From the NCBI GenBank assembly GCA_965200245.1, contig CBDATS010000005.1:64001-128000 (forward strand): DNA of 64,000 nucleotides. Reading direction: 5' to 3'. This document shows, one piece after another, positions 41,814-54,919 of this stretch. Both the position numbers and the translations under genes were made by a program. The notes below the pieces were generated by a model. It did no database searches and was not told where the DNA came from. It worked only from the letters and a program-made list of their open reading frames with translations. Origin of the DNA: a bacterium (GTDB lineage Bacteria > UBA8248). Each line of letters begins with the position of its first letter. The stretch's first letter is position 1.

Positions 41814-42704
41814 TTATAAATATTTCCTGAACCAGTCGATGGCCTCGACCATACCGATCTCGTGATGATCGGGACTACAGAAATAATAGGACTCGTAATG
41901 CTGCGCACCCGGCAACTTGACGATTTTCTTCGGCTCCCCGCAGGCCTCGTAGCAACTGATTTGCTCCTGTACGGGCACGAGAAAATCGTTTTCCGAATAG
42001 ATAAACAGGACGGGGCGCGGGGCGATTCTGTCGGCCACCCATTCGGGCTTGTAGCGCCAGCAGGCTTCCGCGCTTTGCAAGTCGTAATCCTTCACGTAGT
42101 CGCCGTGCTTTTGGTGGTTCTCCTGGATGACCTTGAGCGTATGAGGGTCGCAAAGCATGATCTCGGGCAGCGGCATGGTGGTCGGCTCGCCTGTGGTGAC
42201 GCGCTTTCGGGCAGCCTCCATAACCGTCTTCTTGAAGGAATCCCACTCGTGCGGTCTTCTTACGGAGCGCATCCAGCGCTCACCCTCATGCACCCCCACC
42301 GAGGAGACCACCACCTTCACCCTCTCGTCGAAAGCCGCCACCCAGATGGCGTTCGCCCCGCCGAAACTCGTACCGTAAATGCCGATTCGATCGGGGGCCA
42401 CGCCTTCGACAGTCTCCATGTAGGAGATGGCGTCGTAGGTGTCCTGCGCCTGCTCAAGGGGCCGCTGGCGACCTCTCTCACCATCACTCTTGCCGAAACC
42501 ACGGTGATCGGGAGCCAGAATGAAATAGCCCTCCTCCCAGAGGCGCCTGGGAACGTCCATTCCGTAGACCTCCTTCATCCCGCTGTAGCCGTGCAGGCAG
42601 ATGATGGCAGGCCTGGGCGGATCCCCCTCGCTCCAGTCTTTCGGGGCATAGAGATGGGCCGCGATTCTGAGGCCGTCGCTGTAGTAAACAATCTCATCGT
42701 ACAT
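41814..42704 (-). CDS. Alpha/beta hydrolase (S9/S15-like)
   Basis: LHG, DHRGFGKSDG, nucleophile GTSFGG, D..VP, catalytic-type H in GAQHY; GGAGG RBS. Confidence 0.9.
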   Translation of the reverse strand: MYDEIVYYSDGLRIAAHLYAPKDWSEGDPPRPAIICLHGYSGMKEVYGMDVPRRLWEEGYFILAPDHRGFGKSDGERGRQRPLEQAQDTYDAISYMETVEGVAPDRIGIYGTSFGGANAIWVAAFDERVKVVVSSVGVHEGERWMRSVRRPHEWDSFKKTVMEAARKRVTTGEPTTMPLPEIMLCDPHTLKVIQENHQKHGDYVKDYDLQSAEACWRYKPEWVADRIAPRPVLFIYSENDFLVPVQEQISCYEACGEPKKIVKLPGAQHYESYYFCSPDHHEIGMVEAIDWFRKYL

Positions 42705-42796
42705 GCAGGTTTCCCCTCCAGGCGACGCTGCCGGACGCCGAACGAAAAATGAAATCGGAAAATCTCACTGACGAACCCACCGAAGGATACGTTCCG

Positions 42797-43636
42797 CTAT
42801 TCGGTTTCGATACCCCTCAACTCGCGCAACAGCACTCCGGCGTCTGGCGCGCGCATGAGAGCTTCACCGACCAGGATGGCGTCCACCCCCTCATCCACCA
42901 AGGGAGCCACTTCGCGCCACCCGAAAATCCCGCTCTCCGACACTAGGACGAGCGATTCCCGCTGCTCTGGCGTGAGGCGCCTGAATACCGAGACTGTATG
43001 CCGTGTGTCGACCTCGAAGGTCTTGAGATTGCGGTTGTTGACGCCGAGTATGCGGGTTCCGGTCTCCAGGGCACGACCGAGTTCTTCTTCGACGTACACC
43101 TCCACGAGTGCGTCCATTTCCAGTTCTTCGGCGAGAGAACGTAAGTCCTCCATCTGCGCCGTTTCGAGGATAGCCGCGATCAGCAGGACAGCGTCCGCTC
43201 CGCCCGCGCGCGCTTCCCAAATCTGGTACTCGGTGAAGATGAACTCCTTTCGGAGAACGGGCAGTCCTACCGCGCCACGTACCTGTTCGAGGTGCGCCAT
43301 ATCGCCCAGGAAGCGTCTGCGCTCGGTGAGCACCGAAATGGCTGCCGCGCCGCCCTCCTCATAGGCTCTGGCGATTTCGCCGGGCACGAATCGCTCCGCG
43401 ATCTGTCCCTGGGAGGGAGAGGCCTGCTTCACCTCGGCGATGACGCGCATCCGGCCGCTGGCCGCGTCCTCTTCTGAGTCCGGCCGCTTGAGAGCGCCTG
43501 CGAACTCCACCGCCGGCGGCATGTCGCGGGCCCGTGACTTTACGTCGGCTTCCGAGTGTTTTCTCTTGTCCGAGGCGATGTCCTCGCGGACGCCTTCCAC
43601 GAGTCTGTCCATAACGGTGTGCGTCGCAATCGTCAA
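42797..43636 (-). CDS. trpC: Indole-3-glycerol phosphate synthase
   Basis: IAEVKQASPS, ISVLTE, LRKEF, GADAVLLI, GVNNRNL, SESGI, LVGEALM; start set at TTG 43636. Confidence 0.95.
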   Translation of the reverse strand: MTIATHTVMDRLVEGVREDIASDKRKHSEADVKSRARDMPPAVEFAGALKRPDSEEDAASGRMRVIAEVKQASPSQGQIAERFVPGEIARAYEEGGAAAISVLTERRRFLGDMAHLEQVRGAVGLPVLRKEFIFTEYQIWEARAGGADAVLLIAAILETAQMEDLRSLAEELEMDALVEVYVEEELGRALETGTRILGVNNRNLKTFEVDTRHTVSVFRRLTPEQRESLVLVSESGIFGWREVAPLVDEGVDAILVGEALMRAPDAGVLLRELRGIETE

Positions 43637-43695
43637 AATTCTTACTCCCGGCAGGTATCGACAACCTATAGGCGAGCAAAGCCACGCCATCTCGC

Positions 43696-44706
43696 TCAGG
43701 AATTGGATATCTCCACGAGACACTTGAGGACGCTTTCCGCCTCGCCCGAATCTATCACCGAGGCCGCCCGCGCAACTCCCTCGCTCAAATCCCCCGCCTT
43801 GCCCGCGGCGATGAGCGCGGCACCGGCGTTCAAGAGTACGATGTCACGCTTGGGGCCTTTCTCTCCCGCAAGGATGGCGCGCGTAATCTCCGCATTCTCC
43901 TCAGGCTCGCCCCCCTTGAGAGTGTCTGCGCCTGCGCGAACCAGACCCGCGTCCTCGGGCGTGACATCGTATGTCCTGATCTCCTTCCCGTCCCATTCCG
44001 ATACTCGCGAGGATCCGGTGAGCGTCAACTCGTCCATGCCGTCCGATCCGTGTACCACCAGTGCCTTCTGACAGCCCACCTGGCGCAGCACATCCGCCAC
44101 CAATTCTGTGAGTTCGGGCGCATATACGCCCACCAACTGGCTCTGGGCGCGCGCGGGGTTCGTGAGAGGCCCCATGACGTTGAAGATGCTGCGCATGGCG
44201 ATCTCGCGCCTGGGACCAATGGCGTGCTTCATCGCGCCGTGGAGCATCGGTGCGAACAGAAAGCCCACGCCCGCCTCGTCAATGCACTCACCCACCTTTT
44301 CGGGCGAAGCCTCGATGTTCACCCCCAGCGCCTTCAGCACGTCGGCGGCTCCCGATTTGCTCGATACCGCCCGGTTACCGTGCTTCGCCACGGGCTGACC
44401 CGCCGCTGCCACGACGAGGGCGGCGCTCGTGCTGATGTTGAAGGTCCGGGCGCCGTCGCCGCCTGTGCCCACCACGTCGATGACAAAAGGATGCTTTGTC
44501 TTCACCCACGTCGCCTTGGCGCGCATGGAGCGGACACTGCCCGCGATCTCCTCGGGAGTCTCTCCCGCCATGCGAAGCGCCACCAGATAGGCGCCAATCT
44601 GGGCAGGCGTGGCCTCGCCCGTCATAATGAGGTCCATCACCTTCTCCGCTTCATCCGCGCTCAAGTGACGGCCTTCCACGAGCTTTCCGATGGCTCCCTG
44701 AATCAT
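43696..44706 (-). CDS. trpD: Anthranilate phosphoribosyltransferase
   Basis: GTGGDG...NIST, KHGNR.VSSKSG.AD, GPLTNP, DG.DE. Confidence 0.96.
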   Translation of the reverse strand: MIQGAIGKLVEGRHLSADEAEKVMDLIMTGEATPAQIGAYLVALRMAGETPEEIAGSVRSMRAKATWVKTKHPFVIDVVGTGGDGARTFNISTSAALVVAAAGQPVAKHGNRAVSSKSGAADVLKALGVNIEASPEKVGECIDEAGVGFLFAPMLHGAMKHAIGPRREIAMRSIFNVMGPLTNPARAQSQLVGVYAPELTELVADVLRQVGCQKALVVHGSDGMDELTLTGSSRVSEWDGKEIRTYDVTPEDAGLVRAGADTLKGGEPEENAEITRAILAGEKGPKRDIVLLNAGAALIAAGKAGDLSEGVARAASVIDSGEAESVLKCLVEISNS

Positions 44707-44845
44707 GAACGCAAATCCTCATAATGTGGTGGAATCTTCACTTGCTCCCACAACCATGCGGCCCAGGGCAACTGCCGCCTGTCCCAGGTCATGTGCTCGA
44801 TTTTCGCAAATCCAAGGCTACAATACCGCTTCTGCCCGCATTTCC

Positions 44846-45430
44846 TCAAGGCCGTTCGATGGCGCCGTCAAGCGCATTCTGCAGCAGTGCCTTCCCCTCT
44901 GCCGAGAGGATCGACTCGGGATGAAACTGAACACCGGCGACCGCCTTGTCCCGGATGCGCAGTCCCATAATTTCGCCCTCATCCGTTTCCGCGCACACCT
45001 CGATACCGGAAGGCACATTCTCGCGCGCGAGCAGAAGGCTGTGGTAACGCGTGGCCACCATCGGATTCGGGAGGCCCCGAAACACGCCCTTTTCATCATG
45101 GTGTATCTCGGATGTTTTTCCGTGCATGATTCTCCCTGCACGAACGATACTCCCGCCGAAGACCGTAGCGATGGCCTGATGCCCCAGACACACGCCCAGA
45201 ATGGGATACTTTCCCGCAAATCTCTCGACGAGCGGTATCGAGAGACCGGCGGATTCCGGCCGACCCGGCCCGGGGGATATGACGATCATACCAGGCGCGA
45301 ATTCGGCCACGTCGTCGAGTTCGAACTGATCGTTTCGCCACACCGTCACCTCCGCTCCGAGTTCGGCCAGATACTGAACGAGGTTGTAGGTGAACGAATC
45401 GTAATTATCGATCATCAATATGCGTTTCAT
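44846..45430 (-). CDS. trpG: Anthranilate synthase component II (glutamine amidotransferase)
   Basis: IDNYDSFTYNL, SPGPG, GVCLGHQ, RYHSL, QFHPES; real start ATG 45430 overlapping the trpE stop. Confidence 0.95.
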   Translation of the reverse strand: MKRILMIDNYDSFTYNLVQYLAELGAEVTVWRNDQFELDDVAEFAPGMIVISPGPGRPESAGLSIPLVERFAGKYPILGVCLGHQAIATVFGGSIVRAGRIMHGKTSEIHHDEKGVFRGLPNPMVATRYHSLLLARENVPSGIEVCAETDEGEIMGLRIRDKAVAGVQFHPESILSAEGKALLQNALDGAIERP

Positions 45431-46965
45431 ATTACGTTCCCCGGTCTGCGGGAGTCGCCCCGCGCCACGTCGAGGGCACGGAGGGAGCCACGGGCCTTGT
45501 TGATGGTTTCCTCGTATTCGAAATCGGGTTTCGAGTCCGCTACGACACCCGCTCCCACCTGGAGGTAGAGCTTTCCTCCCCGCGTGAAGAGCGTGCGGAT
45601 GGCGATGCAGGTGTCCATGCTTCCGCCGAACCCGAAATACCCCACCGCACCCGCATAGGGGCCCCGGCGCACCGGTTCCATCTCGTCGATAATCTCCATC
45701 GCGCGCACCTTGGGCGCGCCCGAGACAGTGCCCGCCGGAAAAGAGGCCCGCAACACGTCGAACGCATCCTTTCCCTCGGCCAGCTTTCCCACCACATTGC
45801 TCACGATGTGCATGACGTGAGAATAGCGCTCGATCATCATCTGTTCGGTGACCCGCACCGTGCCGCGCTCGCAAACGCGGCCGAGGTCGTTGCGGCCGAG
45901 GTCGACTAGCATGATATGCTCTGCCCGCTCCTTCTCGTCCGCCAGCAATTCTTTCCCCAGGGCCCGATCTTCCGTCTCGTCCTCACCGCGCCTGCGTGTG
46001 CCCGCGATGGGCCGCACTTCGACTTTCTCCCCATCGAGCCGCACGAGCACCTCCGGAGATGCCCCCACAAGAGTCACCTCGCCGAGTTCGAGATAGAACA
46101 TGTAGGGAGAGGGATTGACCGTCCGAAGTACCCGGTAGATGGAAAATGGATGCACATCCAGTGCACTTTCAAGACGCTGGGAGAGAACGACCTGAATCGC
46201 CTCGCCCGCATGGATGAGTTCCACCGTATCGGCGACGGCCTTCTCGAATCCCTCGCGCGAAAAAGACGAGTAAAGGCCTGGCATGTTCTCGACGGGGTGC
46301 CCGTTTCCACCCTCGGAAGGCGTTTCCGGGGGTTCATCCGGCGGAGCGACGGAGGGGCCTTTCAGTTTTTCGATGAGTGCATCGACGCGCACGCACGCAC
46401 TTTCGTAGGCGGCCTCGGGGCCGTCGTCACGAACGTGAGCATGGGCGAGGACGTACATTTTCTGGGCCATGTTGTCGAAGATGACCAGCGACTTCGTGAT
46501 CATGAAAAGCAGTTCGGGCAATTCGAGATCGTCATGCGCATTCTCGGGCAGACGTTCGATGAAGCGAACCGCGTCATAACCCATGTAGCCGATGGCCCCT
46601 CCCCAGAACCTCGGGAGACCGGGAAGGTCAACGGGTATGTAGGGTTGTATCAGACGCCTGAGTGCGTCAATGGGATCATCGACGGCGAATTCTTCGCTCT
46701 CCCCGTCCTGCGTGACACGCACCCTCCTCCCCTTGCTCTCGAAAATGAGGTGAGGCTCGCTGCCCAAAAAGGTATATCTCGCCCATTTCTCTCCGCCCTC
46801 GACGCTTTCGAGCAAGAACGAATGGGAACCGTCCGCAACTTTCAGATAGGCCGATACCGGCGTATCGAGATCGGCGAGAATTTCGCGGTAGACCGGAATG
46901 ATGTTGCCCCGCTCGCAAAGAGCGAGGAAAGTTTCTTTGTCCGGTGCATGATTTTCTGAGTTCAT
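45427..46965 (-). CDS. trpE: Anthranilate synthase component I
   Basis: FLLESVEG, NPSPYM, SPE, RPIAGTR, EH.MLVDLGRND, GAPKVRAM. Confidence 0.96.
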   Translation of the reverse strand: MNSENHAPDKETFLALCERGNIIPVYREILADLDTPVSAYLKVADGSHSFLLESVEGGEKWARYTFLGSEPHLIFESKGRRVRVTQDGESEEFAVDDPIDALRRLIQPYIPVDLPGLPRFWGGAIGYMGYDAVRFIERLPENAHDDLELPELLFMITKSLVIFDNMAQKMYVLAHAHVRDDGPEAAYESACVRVDALIEKLKGPSVAPPDEPPETPSEGGNGHPVENMPGLYSSFSREGFEKAVADTVELIHAGEAIQVVLSQRLESALDVHPFSIYRVLRTVNPSPYMFYLELGEVTLVGASPEVLVRLDGEKVEVRPIAGTRRRGEDETEDRALGKELLADEKERAEHIMLVDLGRNDLGRVCERGTVRVTEQMMIERYSHVMHIVSNVVGKLAEGKDAFDVLRASFPAGTVSGAPKVRAMEIIDEMEPVRRGPYAGAVGYFGFGGSMDTCIAIRTLFTRGGKLYLQVGAGVVADSKPDFEYEETINKARGSLRALDVARGDSRRPGNVI

Positions 46966-47010
46966 TTCTCCTCGAGAGTTCGCCTTGCAGGCGACGCCTC
47001 GCCTCCAAAG

Positions 47011-47045
47011 AAAAAAGCCACGGGACCGGGTGGGCCACCATGGCT
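47011..47045 (-). terminator. Attenuator terminator upstream of trpE
   Basis: AGCCATGG-TGGCCCACCCGGTC-CCGTGGCT followed by a T-tract, ending 45 nt before the trpE ATG. Confidence 0.75.
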
Positions 47046-47081
47046 ATAGAGTTTCATTCCAAAAGATTCCGACTACAACCC

Positions 47082-47153
47082 TTATGGCACACCTCCAGAA
47101 TTGGCGGGGCATCGCCAGGGCCAAGCCTCCCTGCATGTTTCATGCTTACTCAT
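47082..47153 (-). CDS. trpL: Candidate trp leader peptide MSKHETCREAWPWRCPANSGGVP
   Basis: Two Trp codons (47121-47123, 47115-47117), GGGGA upstream, stop codon lies inside the antiterminator arm. Confidence 0.6.
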   Translation of the reverse strand: MSKHETCREAWPWRCPANSGGVP

Positions 47154-47220
47154 TCGCTGCTATCCCCATATACGCAGAGTCCGCTACTCAGTTGAAGATA
47201 CTCAAATTCCGGAGAAATGG

Positions 47221-48024
47221 TCAAGCGTCGATTTCTTCGGGTCCCGGAGTGGCTTCCGGCGGGAGTTGCTCTCCATAGTCCACACAAACCAGCGCAAGCC
47301 CCTGGGGAGGCGCGTTGACGCCCGCGAGCGTTCTGCTTTTCCCCGCGAGCACCTCTCGCACGGACTCGGCTTTGCGACCCCCGTGTCCCACCTCCACCAG
47401 GACGCCGGTCAGGTTCCTCACCATGTGGCGCAGAAAACCTTCTGCCGTCGCCTCGATGATCACCTCATCGCCGACGCGATCCACATTCAGGCGTTCGAGG
47501 CGGCGCACCGTGTTTTCGGGTCTTCCCTTCTCCCGACAGAAGCTCGCGAAATCATGCTCGCCTTCAAGTATTTCCGCCGCGAGGCACATCGCTCCTACAT
47601 CGAGGCGTTTCCGGACATGCCAAGTATACGAGCGGCGAATGGCACTTGGCGAGCGGCGATTCAGGATTCGGTAGCGGTAGGTCTTTCGAACAGCGTCAAA
47701 CTGGGCATGAAAACCGCTGGCGGTCTCCCGGCAATCGAAGATCGAGATGTCGCGGTCCATCATGGTGTTAAGACCTATCCGGACCTTGTAGGGTTCGATT
47801 GCAGAGCGCGTGCAGAAATGCGCCACCTGCCCCCATGCGTGGACACCCGCATCGGTGCGGCCCGAACCGATGACGCGTATCGGTTCTCCGCACATCTTCG
47901 CGAGAGCGCCTTCTATTTCGCTCTGGACGGTTCTCTGACCGGGCTGAGTCTGCCACCCGTGAAAGTTCGTGCCCTCGTATTCTATCCAGAGGACAAGGCA
48001 GCGTGTCTTTACGGCGTTCATCAC
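47221..48024 (-). CDS. truA: tRNA pseudouridine(38-40) synthase
   Basis: YEGT.F.GWQ.Q, GSGRTDAGVHA.GQ, G.HDF.SF, FL.HMVR, APP.GL. Confidence 0.96.
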   Translation of the reverse strand: MMNAVKTRCLVLWIEYEGTNFHGWQTQPGQRTVQSEIEGALAKMCGEPIRVIGSGRTDAGVHAWGQVAHFCTRSAIEPYKVRIGLNTMMDRDISIFDCRETASGFHAQFDAVRKTYRYRILNRRSPSAIRRSYTWHVRKRLDVGAMCLAAEILEGEHDFASFCREKGRPENTVRRLERLNVDRVGDEVIIEATAEGFLRHMVRNLTGVLVEVGHGGRKAESVREVLAGKSRTLAGVNAPPQGLALVCVDYGEQLPPEATPGPEEIDA

Positions 48025-48031
48025 GAAGAGG

Positions 48032-50896
<2,865 letters not shown>

Positions 50897-50946
50897 GTGC
50901 CTCTCCCGCCGCACGGGGCCCCGCCAGCAGCGAAGCGATGAGCAGG

Positions 50947-51720
50947 CTAGTACCAGATGAGCCCGCCCGTCACGTTGATGTCCTGGGCGGTCATGTGAGC
51001 AGCCTCTTCAGAGGCCAGAAACACGCATAGGGCGGCGTGATCCTCTGCGTCGACGAGCGTCTTGAGCGCCGCCGGCGCAGTGAAGGTCTGCTTCGCCTCC
51101 TCGAAGGTGGTCCCGAAGCTCTGTGCCATGTTCTCGATGACGCTGTCGATCCTGGGGCCGGAAGTCGCTCCTGGACACACTGCGTTCACAGTGACACCGT
51201 ACTCTCCGAGTTCGAATGCGAGGGTACGCGTCAGACCGATGACTGCCATCTTGGATGCCGTGTAGGGCGTACGGTTCGGCAGGGGCCGCTTGCCGCTCAT
51301 CGAACTGATAATGAGGATGCGCCCATACCTGTTTTTTTTCATCGTGGGGATGACATGCTTCGTCATGAGGAACGTGCCTGTAACATTCACGTCGAAACAC
51401 TCCTCCCATTCATCGCGAGTTATCTCCTCGCATGCCTTGGTGGGGCCTGCGATGCCGGAGTTGTTGACGAGGATGTCGATGGTACCGAATTCTGCAAGCG
51501 CCTTTTCGGCGAGGGCCTTTACCGCGGCCTCATCGGTGAGATCGGTAGGCACGACGAGGGATGATCCTTCAGGCATTTCGGTGGCGGTGGCTTCCAGATT
51601 CGCGACAGAGCGCGCCGCGAGCACGACCTTGGCTCCCTCCTGCGCGAACGTAAGCGCGATGACCTTTCCGATTCCCTGTCCCGCCCCTGTAACGATGGCA
51701 ACTTTGTCCTTCAAACGCAT
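50947..51720 (-). CDS. SDR family oxidoreductase
   Basis: TGAGQGIG, NNSG, Y...K (YTASK), VNAVCPG; start set at ATG 51720. Confidence 0.92.
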   Translation of the reverse strand: MRLKDKVAIVTGAGQGIGKVIALTFAQEGAKVVLAARSVANLEATATEMPEGSSLVVPTDLTDEAAVKALAEKALAEFGTIDILVNNSGIAGPTKACEEITRDEWEECFDVNVTGTFLMTKHVIPTMKKNRYGRILIISSMSGKRPLPNRTPYTASKMAVIGLTRTLAFELGEYGVTVNAVCPGATSGPRIDSVIENMAQSFGTTFEEAKQTFTAPAALKTLVDAEDHAALCVFLASEEAAHMTAQDINVTGGLIWY

Positions 51721-51721
51721 T

Positions 51722-52180
51722 CTATGAATTCTCCCGATGATTCGATTCGGTGATTTCCAACTCATCGGCGGGCAGTTCCACTCCCGAGAACCAGAAACCC
51801 AGTTCGAAGGCCGCGGTATCGGGCGCGTCCGATCCGTGTGTGGAGTTGCGCTCGATGCTCTCGCCGAATTCCGCGCGAATCGTTCCCGGAGCGGCTTCGG
51901 CGGGGTTCGTCGCGCCCATCACGTCGCGCCAGTGCTTGATGGCATTCTCGCGCTCGAGCGCCAGAACCACAGTGCGCCCGGAAGACATGAATGTCGTGAG
52001 GTCGTCATAAAAGGGGCGCTCCCTGTGGACGGCGTAAAATGCCTCTGCCTGGGCTTTCGACATGTGGACCAGCTTCATGCCCACGACCTGAAAACCTTCT
52101 GTTTCAATCCACGCCAGAATCCTGCCGGCGAGACCCCGATAGGTGGCGTCGGGTTTAATCATCGCGAACGTACGTTCCAT
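51722..52180 (-). CDS. ndk: Nucleoside-diphosphate kinase
   Basis: [26 protein letters not shown]. Confidence 0.97.
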   Translation of the reverse strand: MERTFAMIKPDATYRGLAGRILAWIETEGFQVVGMKLVHMSKAQAEAFYAVHRERPFYDDLTTFMSSGRTVVLALERENAIKHWRDVMGATNPAEAAPGTIRAEFGESIERNSTHGSDAPDTAAFELGFWFSGVELPADELEITESNHRENS

Positions 52181-52207
52181 GAGTCAATTTCCTTTCATTG
52201 TGTGTCG

Positions 52208-53104
52208 TTACGCCCTGCCCAAGGCCTTCGCCATGGTGAGACCCATATCAGCCGGGCTTTCGGTGACGTGAATGCCGCATTCGGACATGACCCGCATTTT
52301 CTCAGCAGCAGTACCTTCCCCTCCTGAGATGATCGCTCCCGCGTGGCCCATGCGCCTGCCTGGAGGAGCCGTCTGGCCCGCGATGAAGCCTACCAGCGGT
52401 TTGGTTACATTCTGCTTCGCCCAGCGCGCCGCATCTTGCTCAGCCGTACCACCGATTTCGCCGATCATGATGATAGCCTCGGTCGCCGGGTCGTCCTCGA
52501 ACCTTCGCAGAAGGTCGATATACATTGTGCCGATGATGGGGTCACCGCCGATACCCACGCAGGTACTTTGCCCCAGGCTCTGCTCGGTAAGCTGTGCGAC
52601 GACCTCGTAGGTGAGCGTGCCACTTTTCGATATAACGCCGATGGTCCCTTCCTTGTGGATGTGACCCGGCATGATGCCCATCTTGCAGCCACCGGGCGTG
52701 ATGACACCCGGGCAGTTGGGGCCGATAAGCACGGCACCGCTGTCTTCCATGTGACGCTTCACGTATACCATGTCGCGCACCGGTATACCCTCTGTAATGC
52801 ACACCACGAGCGGGAGACCGGCGTCCACGGCCTCCACGATGGCGTCCGCCGCAAAAGGGGGCGGTACGAAAATGAGCGAGGCGTTGGCACCCGTCTCACG
52901 CACCGCGTCGGCCACCGTGTTGAACACGGGCACGCCGTCCGCCTCCTGACCGCCCTTTCCGGGCGTCACGCCCGCCACTACAGCACCGCCGCCGCCCGCG
53001 AACTCGCTGCTGTATTTTTGACACTGTCCGGCGTGAAAGCCTCCCTCGCGCCCGGTGATTCCCTGCACGAGGATGCGCGTCTCCTTGTCGATCAGAATAC
53101 TCAA
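52208..53104 (-). CDS. sucD: Succinyl-CoA synthetase alpha subunit
   Basis: [37 protein letters not shown]. Confidence 0.96.
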   Translation of the reverse strand: MSILIDKETRILVQGITGREGGFHAGQCQKYSSEFAGGGGAVVAGVTPGKGGQEADGVPVFNTVADAVRETGANASLIFVPPPFAADAIVEAVDAGLPLVVCITEGIPVRDMVYVKRHMEDSGAVLIGPNCPGVITPGGCKMGIMPGHIHKEGTIGVISKSGTLTYEVVAQLTEQSLGQSTCVGIGGDPIIGTMYIDLLRRFEDDPATEAIIMIGEIGGTAEQDAARWAKQNVTKPLVGFIAGQTAPPGRRMGHAGAIISGGEGTAAEKMRVMSECGIHVTESPADMGLTMAKALGRA

Positions 53105-53115
53105 AACCAGACCCC

Positions 53116-54276
53116 CTATCGGTTCAGAGCCGCCACCACCTTCTCGGCGGAATCGGCCATGCCATTGCCCACGGTAAAATCGAGACCCGAATCTTCAAGT
53201 ATCTCGCGGCCCTTCTCCACATTCGTCCCCTCCATGCGGATGATGATGGGCACGTTCACGTTCACGGTCTTTACTGCCTCCACGACGCCCTCCGCCAGGA
53301 TATCGCAGCGCAGGATGCCACCGAAGATATTGATGAAGACGGCCTGGACGTCCGGATCGTCCATGAGGATGCGGAAGGCGTTCTCCACCATCTCCTTGCT
53401 CGCACCGCCGCCCACGTCCAGGAAGTTCGCAGGCGACGCGCCCGCAAGCTTGATGATGTCCATCGTCGCCATAGCAAGACCGGCTCCGTTCACCATGCAG
53501 GCAACCGAACCGTCGAGCTTGATGTAGTTGAGGTTATACTTCGAGGCTTCGACTTCGAGCGGGTCTTCCTCGTCCTCATCGCGCATCGCAGCCACTTCCC
53601 CGTGACGGTAGAGCGCGTTGTCATCGAAGTTCACCTTGGCGTCGAGCGCGAGGATGCGGCCATCCTTCGTCTGCACCAAAGGGTTGATCTCGACCAGCGA
53701 GGCGTCCATCTCGTCGTAGAACCGATAGAGGTTCGTGACGAATTTTACGCCCTCACGAACAAGATCGGCAGGCAGTTCCAATCCGAATGCGACGCGACGG
53801 GCCGTGGAAGGCCACACAGAGAGCGCCGGGTCTACCGGAATCTTCAGAAGTTTTTCCGGCGTTTTCGCGGCTACTTCCTCGATGTCCATGCCGCCCTCTG
53901 TGCTCGCCATAATAGTGGGACGGCCCGTAGCCCGGTCAAGCACGACGCCGAGATAGAGTTCGCGCTCGATGTCGCTTGCCTCCTCCACCCATACCTTCTT
54001 GACGAGTCGACCCTCCGGCCCCGTCTGGTGCGTTACCAGCGTCATACCGATAATCCGGGATGCCGCTTCTTTCGCTTCTGCAGGCGTCTCGGCCAGCTTG
54101 ACTCCGCCTCCCTTGCCGCGTCCCCCCGCGTGGATTTGCGCCTTGACAACCACTGTCCCGCCTAAATCCGCTGCGATGCGCCCGGCCTCATCCGCCGTCT
54201 CTGCGACGCCGCCCTTCGGGACGGCCACGCCGTATTTTGCAAGCAACTCCTTGCCCTGATACTCGTGGATGTTCAT
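53116..54276 (-). CDS. sucC: Succinyl-CoA synthetase beta subunit
   Basis: [48 protein letters not shown]. Confidence 0.96.
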   Translation of the reverse strand: MNIHEYQGKELLAKYGVAVPKGGVAETADEAGRIAADLGGTVVVKAQIHAGGRGKGGGVKLAETPAEAKEAASRIIGMTLVTHQTGPEGRLVKKVWVEEASDIERELYLGVVLDRATGRPTIMASTEGGMDIEEVAAKTPEKLLKIPVDPALSVWPSTARRVAFGLELPADLVREGVKFVTNLYRFYDEMDASLVEINPLVQTKDGRILALDAKVNFDDNALYRHGEVAAMRDEDEEDPLEVEASKYNLNYIKLDGSVACMVNGAGLAMATMDIIKLAGASPANFLDVGGGASKEMVENAFRILMDDPDVQAVFINIFGGILRCDILAEGVVEAVKTVNVNVPIIIRMEGTNVEKGREILEDSGLDFTVGNGMADSAEKVVAALNR

Positions 54277-54372
54277 CCAACCCCTCCAGAATCAAAACGA
54301 TAAAAAACGTTTAAGCGACGAACCTGCGAATGATAATCACACTTGGAAAACAAGGCGCGAAGCCGCAAAATC

Positions 54373-54918
54373 TCACTTCGAAAACGCCTTAAAACCTTCG
54401 GTGAAGATATCGCGTCCCCGGCTGTCCACGGCAACCACAACCGGGAATTTCTCGACCACCAGCCTGCGGATCGCCTCGGTTCCCAAATCTTCATAGGCGA
54501 TGAGTTCGGCCTCCTTGATCCGCTTCGCCAACAGGGCGGCCGTCCCGCCGACAGCGGCGAAATATACGGCACGGTGCCTGGCGATGGCCTCGACCACAGC
54601 CGGGCTTCTGCCCCCCTTCCCTATCATCCCGGTAAGGCCGAGTTCCAACATCCGGGGCGTATAGGCGTCCATGCGGCCACTCGTCGTGGGTCCTGCCGAG
54701 CCGATGACAGCATCCGGCTTGGGCGGCGTCGGTCCCACGTAATAGAGCACCTGGCCCGCTACATCGATGGGCAACGACTTTCCGCGCGCCGCATCCTCAA
54801 GCATGCGCTTGTGGGCAGCGTCGCGCGCCGTATAGAGAACACCGCTCAACTCGCACATCTCTCCCATCGAGAGGGATTCCACCAGCTCGGGGTCGAGCGG
54901 GAGATCCAGCGACCGCAT
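54373..54918 (-). CDS. Fe-S fumarate/tartrate hydro-lyase beta subunit
   Basis: TARDAAHKR, YYVGPTP, GPTTSGRMD, IGKG, DLG.EA; start set at ATG 54918. Confidence 0.92.
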   Translation of the reverse strand: MRSLDLPLDPELVESLSMGEMCELSGVLYTARDAAHKRMLEDAARGKSLPIDVAGQVLYYVGPTPPKPDAVIGSAGPTTSGRMDAYTPRMLELGLTGMIGKGGRSPAVVEAIARHRAVYFAAVGGTAALLAKRIKEAELIAYEDLGTEAIRRLVVEKFPVVVAVDSRGRDIFTEGFKAFSK

Positions 54919-54919
54919 G

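Noticed and set aside
45431-45874. Long N-terminal extension of trpG in the ORF track (also purL 13414, fumarase beta 55038, trpC 43723, ilvE 26480)
   Set aside because: Extensions overlap upstream genes or promoters; family homology begins at downstream starts that have an RBS or stop-start overlap
47045-47137. Alternative trp leader MQGGLALAMPRQFWRCAIRVVVGIFWNETL
   Set aside because: Trp codons are far apart and its stop lies on segment 3, which fits attenuation geometry worse than the WPW ORF; not fully excluded
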